From Psilocybe cubensis (lineage: Eukaryota), in NCBI GenBank assembly GCA_017499595.2, contig CM039008.1, positions 1,984,001 to 2,048,000 on the forward strand: 64,000 nt of DNA, given 5' to 3'. This document shows positions 36,589 to 49,129 of the stretch, in pieces. The notes under the pieces were generated by a model that was not told where the DNA came from, ran no database searches, and saw only the letters and a program-made list of their open reading frames with translations. A program made the position numbers and the translations under genes. Every line of letters begins with the position of its first letter. Position 1 is the stretch's first letter.

Positions 36589-38949
36589 GCAAGAGTCCAG
36601 CGGGTTCGTATTTCATAACTAATTATTCACTGATTTATTCTGACTACTGTGCCTTTGTAGTGCAGAATGTGCAGAACGTTTACTCGATCCAGTGTAGCAG
36701 AAGCATCGTTCTGTTATTCGTTCATCTTCACGCCCATCCTCCACTCATGGTCTCTTTTAATATCTCTCCTTCTTGTTCTTTTGGTTCTCTTTATCTCGAT
36801 TCTTAGAACCTCGATAATTTTTTTTTCGTATAATTCATGTTAACGCCAGTGATTTTAAGTTTTAATGCCATTTCCTATGCAAAACATACTAGTACGCAAA
36901 TACTTGAGATTCATTCCCAAGTCGGTTTCATTGTTTATACCTGCAAGAGCATATTGAAACGATGAGCGCGCGATGATCATAGAAGGGACGATTTTCATGC
37001 CGCTCAAGCCGAGAAAGAGCGTGCAAATATGGATCAAAGACGGCAGCAAAAACACACCGGAAAGACACTATGCCGTATTGAAAAACCGACGGCATGAAAA
37101 TCCTTGTCACTTATCAAGTGCACTGAAGTGACTGTGACAACTTTCCGCTCTTAGCATGAACCCACACTCAGGCACGATGGTATCACCTAGGATGAAGTAC
37201 GATACGTAGTGTAGAATGATTAATACAACACACCTTGCGCAGTATTATAGGACATTTGAACCTTTTAGAATGTAGTTAATGTCCAACAAATGAGTATATG
37301 AAGTAGAGCGCTCCCTTGTATTGTCAGCGTGTAGCATACGCTTTGGAGTTGGAAAACATGAAGAGTACTACTGCACGAAAGTCAAGTGAGTGTAATTTTC
37401 CAAGCAGAAGCATTTTCCGTTTTAACCTATAGCTACGATAACCCAGCTACGACACCCCGAAGCAAAAGTTGGGGATGACAGGCCAGCAGTCTCTCAGAGA
37501 CTGCTGGCCTGTGTTTCGTGTTTCGACAGCCGACCCTGTCTCCCTGTATCTCAACCTCTGCAAGCTGAGTAGCACTAGGCCACTTTGGTAAGCAATTTGT
37601 CTTTGGAAGCATTTCACTCTCAGGCTTATTAGAATGTTAGTGGCTCGATGTGTTGTCCAGCATGTCGACTCTTCGACCGCCAAAGGTTTACAATTGTGGT
37701 AGGAACTCTCTGGGGAGAAGAACATGGATGACGTCGACGTGTCGCGAATCATGCACGAGGAGGCGAGGATTGAAATTGCTCCTCCCATGCACCCCGGAGC
37801 AGCTCCTCTTTTCCCTCCCATCTACCACCAGGAACAGCTCAGACAGCTGGAGCAGCTCTACTTCTTCAGCAGGCGAGCAGCGTACTGTTTCATCCGTCCC
37901 TTTCACGAGTGTAAGCAAATAATTTTTGTTCTGATCACTACACATCAATTAACACCTAGTAACACAGTTTCCGGATATTGCTACCCACAGCCCAGTCCCA
38001 TGGGCAGGTGAATCTGCGGTCGAAGGGCGAGGTCGTGTTCGAAGCCGCCTCGAACTACCTTAAGACAACCATTGACGGGATGGACACGGGATGAGTGTGT
38101 TACGGAACACATCGTCGACTCGACAGCTCGCGATGGTTCTGGGAGTGATAAGGTGGGTGTACAGAACACTTCAACACTGGCATAGCATGGTCAAGTCCTT
38201 CTCTCCAATCAGAATTCAAGCGATTTATCATTGAGGCCAGCTTCGTTCGTGTTGTGGCCATACAAAAGTCGTACGAACATAACGACGAAATAACGATGCT
38301 GCCTCATTACGAGTATTGACCTTTTCTTGATGGCGATTCCAATGTACTAATTCTTCCTGGGTTCATGACAGAAGCCAACGACGCTGGTGTTTTCAACCTA
38401 TACACCGACACTATCTGCGCGCGCCCTGAAATTCCATATTACCGTGTAACACACACCTCGCACCATTGGTACCCGACAAAGAATCTACCTGAACATCCTC
38501 CAAGAAGTAAATAAGTTCAAAAGATCGAGACGAAGAGACGAAGATCGACACTTCTGATGACATGGAGGAACATGAAGGTCCCCAGTTTGACCTATCATCT
38601 ATGGAATTCTGCTAGCATATCTCTCAGGTCTCAAGATAAGTCGTACTTCACACGTTCATCTGCGGTACTGGGTTGTGACAAGACTAAGGGACAACTCTAC
38701 AGGACCCAAGACCTACAGACGTCCATTCTCTGGCCTCGTTCGTATCTGGGCTGGCACGATCCACGCGCTGGGTGCTCCTGGTCTTCCGGGCCGGCTGGAT
38801 CCGAACACGCTCATAACACGCTCAGCGTGCGCCGAACAGGAGACTTGTACCCTGATGCGCTCATCTGTATTATCCGGCCTTATCCAGCGGGACTTTCACA
38901 TATCCTACGTAGCCGCATTGGGACTGTTGCCTGAACGCCATTTCCAACA

Positions 38950-40071
38950 CTGTCTGCACCGGTGAGCTGAAACACTATACTCGACGCTTGATGTCCCAGG
39001 AGACGCGCGAGTAGAAGAATGAAGAAGTCAGGTAGCCCTACCTACTACAATACACGTCCAAGCCACGCGACGAGCTGCTACCTCTTCTTCCGGCGTATGG
39101 GGTACAAGGTTGATCTCAACAACCACGTCAGGTAGCCCTACCTACTACAATACACGTCCAAGCCACGCGACGAGCTGCTACCTCTTCTTCCGGCGTATGG
39201 GGTACAAGGCTGATCTCAACAACCACGTCGTGGCGCACATCCACAACCTCCCTCGCAACGCTCAAGGGGGATTTCACAGACACCATCGTCGGTGTATGCG
39301 AGGTGCGTGGTCTTTCCTGTTCGATATCATTAACACCATTGCTCATTTATGACTTGTTGGCTTCGCCTTTGCACTCGCACTTTCTTTTTTGATAGATGAG
39401 AGGTAGAATATCAAGACTGTCGACGCTGTGCAAGTGCTTCCCTGCGGTGGTTCGCCGGTGCGACGTCGAGAGGTTCTTGAATATCGGAAGATTGTACCCT
39501 GAAATTGATCCCCCGGAGAAACGCATCGATATGCACATTGACTTGTTAAGGCGCGGTGAGTTTAGGGATATGGAGTGTGTTAATGACATCGTCAAGTATG
39601 TTTAAGATGTCATCACCATATGAACCTCATTACTGATCATTGAATTTCATTTCTTTATTTAGGATAGAAGCGCAATCTGATCAGCTTGCAGAGACGTACT
39701 TTGATGGATTCGATACTGACCTTGCGCGCAAGTTGGTATATGTGACCGCGTTTGACCACAACTTGGACAGACGGTTTTGACTGTTAATGTCGAAGCTAAA
39801 TGGACGGTGTCGTCGTTCAGCGACGAGATACAAGGTCTCGCGCGGACAATACGTACGAAAGACCAAATGATCCAGTAGTCGACAGTAAAGATCGAGCTGA
39901 TGGAGCGGTGGCTGGAGCGGTGAAGAAGCAGGCGGACAATTGGCCAGTCGAGGAAGCAGGAGCTAGCGTATGAGGAGGCGATGGCGATGGAGCAGTTACA
40001 GGCGGACTTTGACACGCTGGAGCAGGATAATGCCAAGTTAAAGACGATGGCGGCTGGGCAGGAGAGGAAAT
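38950..40071 (+). pseudogene. Captured dynactin p150 (DCTN1/NIP100-type) fragment with deletions and stops
   Basis: CYLFFRRMGYKADL; VGVCE/MRGRISRLSTLCK...EKRIDMHIDLLRR; AETYFDGFD; IRTKDQMIQ*STVKIELMER...MEQLQADFDTLEQDNAKLK. Introns are retained. Confidence 0.8.
39027..39229. repeat. 100-bp tandem duplication (1 mismatch) inside the dynactin fragment
   Basis: GTCAGGTAGCCCTACCTACTAC... occurs at 39027 and 39127. Confidence 0.9.
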
Positions 40072-40976
40072 GTGAGTGTTTGGAATGATTGTATGCGCGT
40101 TTTATTGATAAAGAAATTTTAGCTGTTAGGTGTGCCTGTTGAGGGTGGTTCGTATGTTCCGTATATCGTGATATAACAGTCACCGGACACTCCCTGCGCA
40201 TCGTTCGTGTCTGGATGACTTCCTGTGCACGCTGACTGCGCCTCGTACACTCCATCGCGCAGGTCTGCAACTGCCCGCCTATACACAATAACTGTGCCCC
40301 CCGTATACCCCTGCCTCCGCCGTCGATCCGCTGACTGTTTTGGTGTTGTGCATAACATCCTGAGGGTGTGAGACGGGCGTCACAGCTTACGGTGCCGCAG
40401 GATGCATAGAAGGAGGCAAGAGAGCCAGCATATTGTCTGTAGATATTGTGAATGTTTGGTGGGATGTGCAACCCGATGGGTCACTCACCATCTGGTTTCC
40501 ATCGTACATAGCTTCCTACGACGCGACGCACGCGACTCGTAGAGTGCCGGAAGCACGCAGTTCACCGCGCGCTCGGTGTCTCCCATCTCGCCTGACCTCT
40601 CCTTCGGTAATGGTGCGCTGAGGAATTTCAACTCTTTGTCTCCTTATGCGGCGCATAGTCTGGAAAGTCGTTTCTCCTTGAACAGGCGCGTTTTTTTTGT
40701 GTGTGTTAGTTTTGCAGCGCTGACATATGCGTATAGATCGAGGCCAGACTCGGAGGAGCTCCCACCGGCACCGACGGTGCTATCGCTATCCACGGTGATG
40801 AAGCGTATGTACCGGGACCCGATGATGTACTCGTCTGCGCCGAGGGTGGTGGACCTGTTTGCTCTGAATGCGAAGCGGGCGGCGTAAAATGGAGTCCGAA
40901 ACGGACGACGACGACGACGACGCTGCAACCATCATAAACTCGCTCAAGACTCTCACATTCGGTGTCTCCCGCGGGA

Positions 40977-41160
40977 CAGGAAATCATCCAACACTGCTTC
41001 CACCGACAATTATTTTCCGTCTTCATCCCCGCCCTCGAAGACCCTGAGCCGCGGGTTCACGCTCACACAGCATCGGCGCTCATCAATTTCTGCAAAGGCG
41101 TCGAGCGCGATATGCCCCTGCCCTATTTGGACCCGATTGTCGAGTGGCTTCTGAAGTTGT
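40977..41160 (+). pseudogene. Captured importin-beta3 (Pse1/Kap121/importin-5) HEAT-repeat fragment
   Basis: EIIQHCFHRQLFSVFIPALEDPEPRVHAHTASALINFCKGVERDMPLPYLDPIVEWLLKL. It is an isolated single-exon-sized piece. Confidence 0.8.
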
Positions 41161-41219
41161 CGAAGCACTTCAAGTTCGACTTAGGGGTTGTCGAAGCACT
41201 TCAAGTTCGACTTAGGGGT
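41156..41219. repeat. 31-bp perfect tandem duplication at the junction between two captured fragments
   Basis: GTTGTCGAAGCACTTCAAGTTCGACTTAGGG, two copies. Confidence 0.9.
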
Positions 41220-43400
41220 ACTACTTACCAAGATACCGAAGATAAGATTAGATAAATTGGTGCATGCACGTGACGACACCGTACCAAGTCCACCACGGAG
41301 CCCCCAGCCACTTCTGCTATTGGCAGCGACTGGGTGCAGTTCTCAGCCTCAGGTTTCCTCGACTCAACGCCTGCAATGGCCCCGCTCGTGTCGACGCTAT
41401 TCGACACGGATATGGAGAAGACTACTCCAGTCACCACGACGCTTTCGAGGAAGTCGAGCAAGCGCAGCAAAGCCGTTTCGAGGAAGACCGTCGACTTTTC
41501 GGCTGAACCTGTACCACCCGTCTCACCCCCGCGGCTTGCAGACCCTGTCAAGAAGGAGACGACTGCCATTGTCCGCGCTACCAAGCTCGAAGTCATCGAG
41601 CTTGACGAAGCGTTCATCGATTTCTGGAGCGACTCGCTGCTCGATCCTATCACAGCGACATGGCCGACCTTTATCATCTGCAAGTTTAAATCCACAGTTG
41701 TTCCTCAACTTCTGTACGGCCCCGTTCAAGAGGGCGGCAAGCAGAAGACGCTCAAATGGCTTGTTCTCGAGCAGGCGTTCACTGTGCGGCCCGCGCCACC
41801 ACCATCGCTGTCAGCTGTCCCTCGTCCGGAATCGGCGCGCCCGGTCTCCCCTGCGCTCTCGACGTCGGGCAGGAACCGCTTCAGCTTCTGGAGTATGTCG
41901 CGCACTGCATCGAGCTCGTCGCAGTCGTCGCAGAAGGGCAAGAAGAAGGAAAGAGCGCTGAATGTTGGCGAGATGGGAGAGATTATCGAGGAGCCCGCCG
42001 AGCAGGCTAAGCAGGAGGTTGTGCAGCTGAAGGCGGCGCCGTCCAAGTCCAAGTCATCCAAGGCGGAGAAGGCGCAGATGCCTATCGAGAAACCTGTCGA
42101 GGCCGTGAAGCAGCTTGCTGATACATCCGACACGCCAGACCTCGAGACGGCTGCTATTGTGACTGGAGCCGCAATTACAGACGCAATCGCTGGAGCTGCT
42201 GCTGCTGCCCCTGCCGCTAAGATTCCAGAGCCAGCTGTCGAAATTCAGGCAGAGGCACCAGCGCCAGCTGTTGAGGAGCCTGCCACCGTCAGCGAGACTC
42301 CTGCTGCTGTTGTTGCAGAATCCGTAGCACCAGCTGCAGAAGTCTCTCCTCCTGTCACTGAGGCTCTTGTTATCTCTGAACCCGAAGTTTTGCAACGGAA
42401 GTCGAGGCCCCTGTTCTTGATGCACCCGTTGAAGCTGAACGTGAAGCTGCAGTTGAAGAGATCCAAGTCCAAGCACCCGTCTCCGAACCGCAGCCTTCAA
42501 CGGATGCGCCCTCAGTTGTCGAGGCCCAGGAAACCGCTGTGGAACCATAAATAACTTCTATCGAACCTCGTGCCCCCGTTGTCGAAGCAGTGGTTACATA
42601 GGATGCATCGACTGACGATGACGCAGCTCCTGTTGAAGCTTCAGTCTCGGAATCTCAAGTCGCAGTACCTGAAGCTCCGTCGGCGTCGTTTGTTGCTGAA
42701 GTGGACGAATCTGCACCGGAACCCAAAGCTCCAACAGCTGAAGCTATTGCTCCTGCTGTAGACGCCCGAAGCTCGAGATGAACCCGCTGTCGTTGAGCCC
42801 GAACCACCAGTCGTCACAAGCGTGGAAACAGAAGCAAAGATCCAGTGCTCAAACAAGTCTCTGAAGAGCGTGCAAGTGCAATCGTCGCGGAAGCTCAAGA
42901 GCCAGTCGTTGAGTCTGTGCCGCCGCTTGCTACTGCGGCCAAAGAACCTCTCGTCGCAGCTCCTGCCGAGGTTGCAGAGGTTTTGGTTGAGTCAAATCGC
43001 CCGCCGCTGTTGACGACATACCGTCTACAACAACGAAAACCGCCGCCGTCGCCGACGAAGTCTCAACTTCGAATGTCGAAAAATCTGCGCCTGTTCTGGC
43101 AGCAGATCTTACCGAGGCACCAACTTCGATTACCGAAACTCCCTCAGTTGATGTTGACGCCGCGCAGGAGAGCATTGAGGAAGAACCACGGGTTATGGAC
43201 AACCCCAGTCGCCGAAGTTTCGGGTGCTTCTCAACCTGAAAACCTGTCCCAGGTTCTAGTTTCTGATGTTCCAGTTGCAGTTGAATTACAACCCTTCAAA
43301 GCGGATTACCAGGCTCCTATCGTCGAGGCTCCAGCCGCGGAACCTCAGGTACAACTTTCAACGGGTCAACGATACCCTCGCGCGCCATGTCGACGTACTC
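41220..43400 (+). pseudogene. Captured internal fragment of a large host gene, probably Msb1/Mug8 family, with an Ala/Glu/Pro/Val-rich tail
   Basis: IELDEAFIDFWSDSLLDPITATWPTFIICKFK...WLVLEQ. It lacks an N-terminus, and the acidic tail has several frameshifts. The family assignment is from memory. Confidence 0.55.
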
Positions 43401-43658
43401 GGTTGTAGCCCCAGGAGAATTTGTCCGCGCTGCCGTAGCCAGTTGGGCCTGCAAGCGACGTTAGATGGTGCAAGAAGTACATTGTGAACTGTATCAGTTC
43501 TGTAATGGCTTGAAAATCATTGAATTTACGACAGTATAGCATGTACAATATGAAACAGTAGACTACGTATTAGGTACATTGTGGGGTATGAAATTGATTG
43601 CGTATATACAGCAGACCGAAAATCGAAAGCAAGACAACAAGAAAACAATTAGAAAAGC

Positions 43659-45182
43659 TGACGGGGAGTAGGGTAGTGGGTGAGTCCCCCAAGAAGTTAT
43701 AAAGACGCTGGAATGACGCTGAGAACGCCTGCTAGGTGCGGAAGGGGGAAACCTCGTATTTCTTGCAGATTGCGAGATACTCGTTCCTCGACGGATACTT
43801 GGCGCGAATCTGCGCCTCGATAGCGATGTCGTTCAGCCGGTGCCTATGGTCGAGAGCGAATCGGTCGATGTTGATATTGTGCGCTTCGGGCGTCATAGGC
43901 CGGGTGAGTGCGCGTTTGTTGTCGAGAAGGGTATGAAGATCCATTATTTCTTGACGAATCCGAAGGAGGTCCTCGATTTCCTCGAAGTCGGCGTTGCAGT
44001 CAGCGTCGGTGGTGCGTAAATTCTGGGCTTCGACATCCGTGATTTGAGCGCCTAACGAAACTGGGATGAGCAGATTCAAAAAAAAAAAAAATTCAACGAT
44101 GCGTACGATTGCGACCTCTGACCATCACCGGGGTATCGCTACGCTCTTCGATATAACGAAAGACCTCCCCACAAACCGACCCCACATACGCGGATACGCG
44201 CTCCGTTATCCAACATCCCGACGCGATGCTGTGCTTCAACCCATACTTGAAGCCTACGATGGCCGAAACGACTTGAGAGATGAGTGCAGCCATGGTAAGA
44301 GATTCGCGGTTAACGAATAAGCGGGTGGGTGTGGAGATCGATGTGGGTGGTAGTCGGTAAGAGCGAGTGAGCGAGGGAGTGAGTGGTTGTGGTTGTGGTT
44401 GGTGATAAGAAAGGCTGCGGGAAAGTTGTGTAAGTGGGATCAATTTATAGATGGTGGTGACAAACGATGGCAAACGAACAGATTAAAGTACTCACTGCAG
44501 ACTCACACTAGGGAAGGCCAAAGATTCAGAATTTTCAATGTCTGCAGGTGAGTCGGGTGTAGGCGCGCCAGGTAGGGCGCCAGCTATATTAAGTACCCAA
44601 CGAGTGTAATAAATAGAATTGCGCAAAACGCTGAAAATATATCATATTTATTAATGAATCGCGCACTACACATTGACGACTGCGAGATTTTTCAAAGGGC
44701 AGCGAGTCGCCAGAACGACGCATGCCATCGTGTTATCATCGTCTGCGAGTCGACATCGCGCCAAAAATGCGAATTCTTCGCGCGCTTGTCGACTCGCTCA
44801 GCGAGTCGATTACTGTAAGTTCAGGTGTATGTTTAACTTACAGCACTTACTTACAGGAATTGTGTAAGTATGACATACACAATTTGTTTTCTTTGTGTGT
44901 ATGTTTTACTTACACAAGTGCTGTTTGTATGACTTACAGCAATTGTGTATATTATACTAACACCGGACAAAAAGAAATTGTGTAATCTCGGTGTTTATTC
45001 TATTTACAGTCTACTTACAGCAATTGTGTTTGGTCGGCATACAGCCACCAAACACAATATGTCTTTGCCGACTGTTTGTTTTTCATACACGTGTGCTGTA
45101 TGTCGAACTTACAGCGAAACTTACATAAGACATGTAAGTTTTCTGCTGTATGTTTAACTTACAGCGGTCGGCGCCCGCAGTG
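43659..45182 (-). repeat. Right terminal inverted repeat (1,524 bp), with a degenerate extension to about 43529
   Basis: Reverse complement of 6243-7766, ending in GGCGCCCGCAGTG. Confidence 0.95.
43732..44293 (-). CDS. Inverted-repeat-encoded hypothetical protein (right copy)
   Basis: Mirror of 7132-7693 with identical translations. Confidence 0.6.
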
Positions 45183-45457
45183 TTATGAGTCCGAATTCTC
45201 GCTTGATTACTTTATGTCACCCGAGGCACATCTGATGACGTTAAGTTAAAGCAGTGACCTAACTTTCACCTGAGGTGCCTATCATTTTCGTATCATCCTG
45301 TCAATCTTTCACACAAAACTGGAGTAGAAACTATATAAAGACATGACTCAGCTGCGTGACTCGAGCATGGACTTGAATTTTCAGGTCGCTAAGTGCTCAA
45401 AAGGTAGAAATAGGGCGGGTGTTGAAGCGATGACTATAGCAAATACCCTCTTCAATC

Positions 45458-47561
45458 ATGTCTTCTACACCACTTGAGAGCACCAATCACTTTCTGTTCA
45501 CTGCTTTTCCAGTCTGGAGTAAGCATTGACAAGTTTTGAGGAACTAGAATTGTTGCTGATCATCGGTGATTAGGCCATGTTCGATCGTTTTGTACTTTGG
45601 CTGCCCGGCTAGTCAGAGAGTACAACAGCGTAGTGGTTACAATTATTCTTTCTCCCGATCTTTTAGGCAAAGGTCAGGCTGAGGTCGATGCGGAGCTTGG
45701 ATCCGAAGTGTCTGAGAGCACTCGTCGCCGCATTAGGTGAGGCTTGCCAATATGCTGAATGCTACCAAAGTTGATTCTAACAATTTTTTGATAGGATATT
45801 GGCCACGTTTCAGTCTAAATCCACGGATATCTTCAGTCTCTTTCAGCCTCTGGCAGAAACGTATCCGGCAGCCTATAAAACACTTTTTGATGGGAAATCC
45901 ATCTCTTGTTCGGTCAAGGGAACGTTATTCGACCCCGTTCCTGCTCCACGAGCCGTGATACTTGATGTAGGTGTTCCGGTAGTATCCCAATCCTGGTTTT
46001 CTTAAATTTAGGGCACTTTGTAGCCTCTTGCACTCGCACAAATAGCGTCAACGCGTGCTATCTCTGGAAACAATGTCCCGATATTTTCCTGGCTTGTAGG
46101 ACATGCAGCAACAATTATCAGATTATTTGGTCCCGAGAAATATGGCGGTCTAGACGATATAAAGGCCAAAACCGAGGCAGAGGCAGTTCGCAGGGGAGTC
46201 AGTCCGGAGGAAATTGGAGACTCGGTGGGTTCTTTTCAGTTACAGGAAGTGCACTTGCTTATTGGATTATGACTTAAAGATCATCACCCACACCGAAGGA
46301 AAAATCCTCAAAATCCCAGGTGCCCCGGAGATGTACGATTGGGAAGCTATGCCCCAGCCTGTATGCCAAATGATATCCCTTATAATTCGGCATTATGCTT
46401 ACCATATACCTGACAGCCCCCTTTCAAATCCAATATGACACCGATTTTGAATATGCAGTATCAGTAAGATTATAAAATATCCAGATGGCAGCGTTCACTT
46501 ATTATATTTTACGAATTAGAGGAATGAGGCAAACCGATGGAGCTTTCCTCGTCACCGCGTATGCTTTTGAAAAGGAGTCGATTGAAGCGCTCAAATCGTG
46601 GCATTCTGAGATCAATAAAGAGGTGTTTGTTGTCGGCCCTTTGCTTCCATCTATAGGTGGTGCTGTATCAGACACGACTCGTGGATCTTCCGAAACGGAA
46701 TTGTTCCTCCAGAACGCGCAAGCTAAATATGGAGAACATTCAGTTATTTTTGTACGTTCTATTAATAGAGCTTGGCGGAAGCGCTGATCAGGGGCTGCTT
46801 AGATTTCGTTCGGTACAATTCATTGGCCTCAGAATCATGAATACATCGAAGAAGTTGTTGAGGCTTTGATAGAGAAGAATATTCCTTTCGTAAGTGATAT
46901 ACAGGTCAATCCGATCATGAATTGATTTTACATGTAGATATTTGCATATGCTTCACCAATCGCCCAACTTTCGGAGGAACTGAAAGCGAGGCTGGAAGCA
47001 TCTGGGCTTGGACTTATTTCAAAATGGCTACCACAGCAGTATATTTTGAATCATCCTGTATGTTTTTCTCGACATCTACAATGTTAATAAGCCTTATGAT
47101 CTTTGGGCATAGGCTACAGGCTGGTTCGTTACGCACTGTGGTCAAAATAGCGTTCTAGAAGCTCTCGGTGGTGGAACTCCAATGTAAAACAGTTTGAATC
47201 CGTAAAATTTCGATGCTGACGTTGTCCTGTTAGGATATGCTGGCCTGCAGGCGCTGATCAGCCCATAGCTGCTCAACAAATCGAGTCTGTCCTCAAGGTC
47301 GGTATAGAATTGATTGAAGTGCGGCTTGGAGAGGAAGGCATGAAGCCACTGTTACGAAACGGACGCAAGGCTCAAGGCACCCGGAAGGCCGTTGGAAAGG
47401 AGTTCAGAGATGTTTTGGATTTGTGTAGAAGTGAAGAGGGGGAGGATCTTAGGAAAAATGTCCTAGCTATCAAGGCCCAATTCTCTGAGTGCTGGGGACC
47501 AACTGGCGCAAGTCGGCGAGAATACGAGTCCTTCTTAAAGAAATACGGAGTTGGGTTTTGA
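45458..47561 (+). CDS. UDP-glycosyltransferase (GT1), multi-exon
   Basis: N-terminal HFLFTAFPVW/GHVR; VFVVGPL; ISFGT; PSPG box [29 protein letters not shown]...ICWPAGADQP. Confidence 0.9.
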
Positions 47562-47618
47562 AAACGTAATCGCATAATTACTAGACAATGGATGTTTCAA
47601 TGTAGCGGTCAAATAAGT

Positions 47619-48695
47619 TTATTGGGAATATTCAGCATGCTCGATATCTCTTTTCGTAAACTGCGAGTGTTCCGGCAGGCTCCCTTCAGTGGACATACCA
47701 GTCTTGATCTAAGAATGCCGTTTGTTAGATGGAAATGGGTTAGAAAAGGGAAAACTCACCTGTAGATCAACTGCAGCTCTACGCCTCTGAAACGCCGCCT
47801 GTATCTGCTTCAACGTTTCTGAGCTAATATCTAGCCCTGCTGAAGGCGACACAGAAGTCGAGGCCCCAGTGCCCAGGGCGTCTGCAACGACACGCATGAC
47901 GATTCCCGCAAACAAGGCACATGTTTGCTCTTGTTGTTGGTTCAGTTGTTGGAATGTGTAGCTTTGAACCTCGACCAGAAGCATAGCAAAGTGATGGAGG
48001 TTAAAACTCGAGGATAAGTTGACATTGTCGACAAGACTGTAATTTGTCAAATCGCTTTTGAATGTAGTTTGCACGCTGTCCACAAAAGACGTTGCGGCGT
48101 TCGAGTTAGGGCGGCATCCTGCAGCATAAATGGATGTTGATGGATGCGAAACCTCGAAGCTGATTCCCGGTTTTTGAGTAGATGCCCACTTCGTCGGATC
48201 GGGAATAGGCGTGTCCTGTAGAGCAGGGGCAGAGATAATCGACTGGTCAAGTGAAACGTCTTTGGCGCCGGTATCACGCTCGATTCGCAGAAGTTTGCGA
48301 GGCCCTTTCCCAGTTTCTACTTCGGCAATGATAATTTGATGTTCAGGTGCCTCTTTGAATGCGTAGCGCGATATGTCGATAACTTTGTACTGGTCCGCGT
48401 GTTGGCGCGTCTGAGCGTCGCCATGTGTATATAGGAATACCAGTATATCTCTCCAATCTTTTATTTCCAAAGGGAATGAGTGACGCGGAAATTCAGACTG
48501 TGCGAAACTGCCTGAATCCGAGAACAAGGGAGGGGGGATTGAAGTGGCGAGGAGTATTGGCTGAAATAATTTGTTAAAGAACAGTTTAATGCTGGCCATT
48601 TTGACCAAAGATTTGCTGCTGGAAATAAGAACAATGGCAACAAGAACTGTGAAGTTTACAAGTAAAAGGCTGACAGTTGCGGAGGTCAATGACAT
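47619..48695 (-). CDS. Hypothetical protein with an N-terminal hydrophobic signal or anchor
   Basis: 328-aa ORF plus a short last exon after the GTGAGT donor at about 47759. Confidence 0.6.
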
Positions 48696-49129
48696 GCCTG
48701 AAGCTAAGACATGTCCCTGTTAGTGCTGCGAGATGTTTCGGACTACCACTGGACTACCTAATAGGGAATTAGGAAACAAAACCCTCGATGCTCGCTGACT
48801 ACCTAATTCGTAAGTGCAATGTGTAAAATAACATAGCTATTAACGAAAGAATCGTTCACTCACAGGATGCTAGCATGACCCAGGTGGGCACAATTTCACC
48901 TTTGAAAAGGGGGAATGAGATGTCATTACAGGTCGTGATGTATGAACTAAACAAACGAAAGCACTGAAGTATTCCGATTAGAGATATTGATAATACATGC
49001 GGATATTTCAAAAATGATTTGGGAAAAATGCTGTACGATGGATCAGGGAGTGCGAGGTAAAACGAGTGAGTATGATACAGGAAAATGTACAAGGTGAAAA
49101 AATTGCCAGACGAGAGCGGCGCACAATGA

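Larger units (their letters stand above)
6243..45182. mobile_element. Giant (38,940 bp) CACTA/En-Spm (CMC) DNA transposon with cargo genes
   Basis: It starts CACTGCGGGCGCCGACCGCTGTAAGT at 6243 and ends with the exact reverse complement at 45182. It has 1,524-bp inverted repeats, subterminal motif arrays and an intact CACTA-type transposase at 32023-35772. There is no perfect TSD (TTG on the left, TTA on the right). Confidence 0.9.

Noticed and set aside
6243-45182. Starship, Polinton/Maverick or LTR element interpretation
   Set aside because: No tyrosine recombinase, DNA polymerase B, retroviral integrase or reverse transcriptase motifs were seen. The repeats are inverted, and both the termini and the transposase are CACTA-type.
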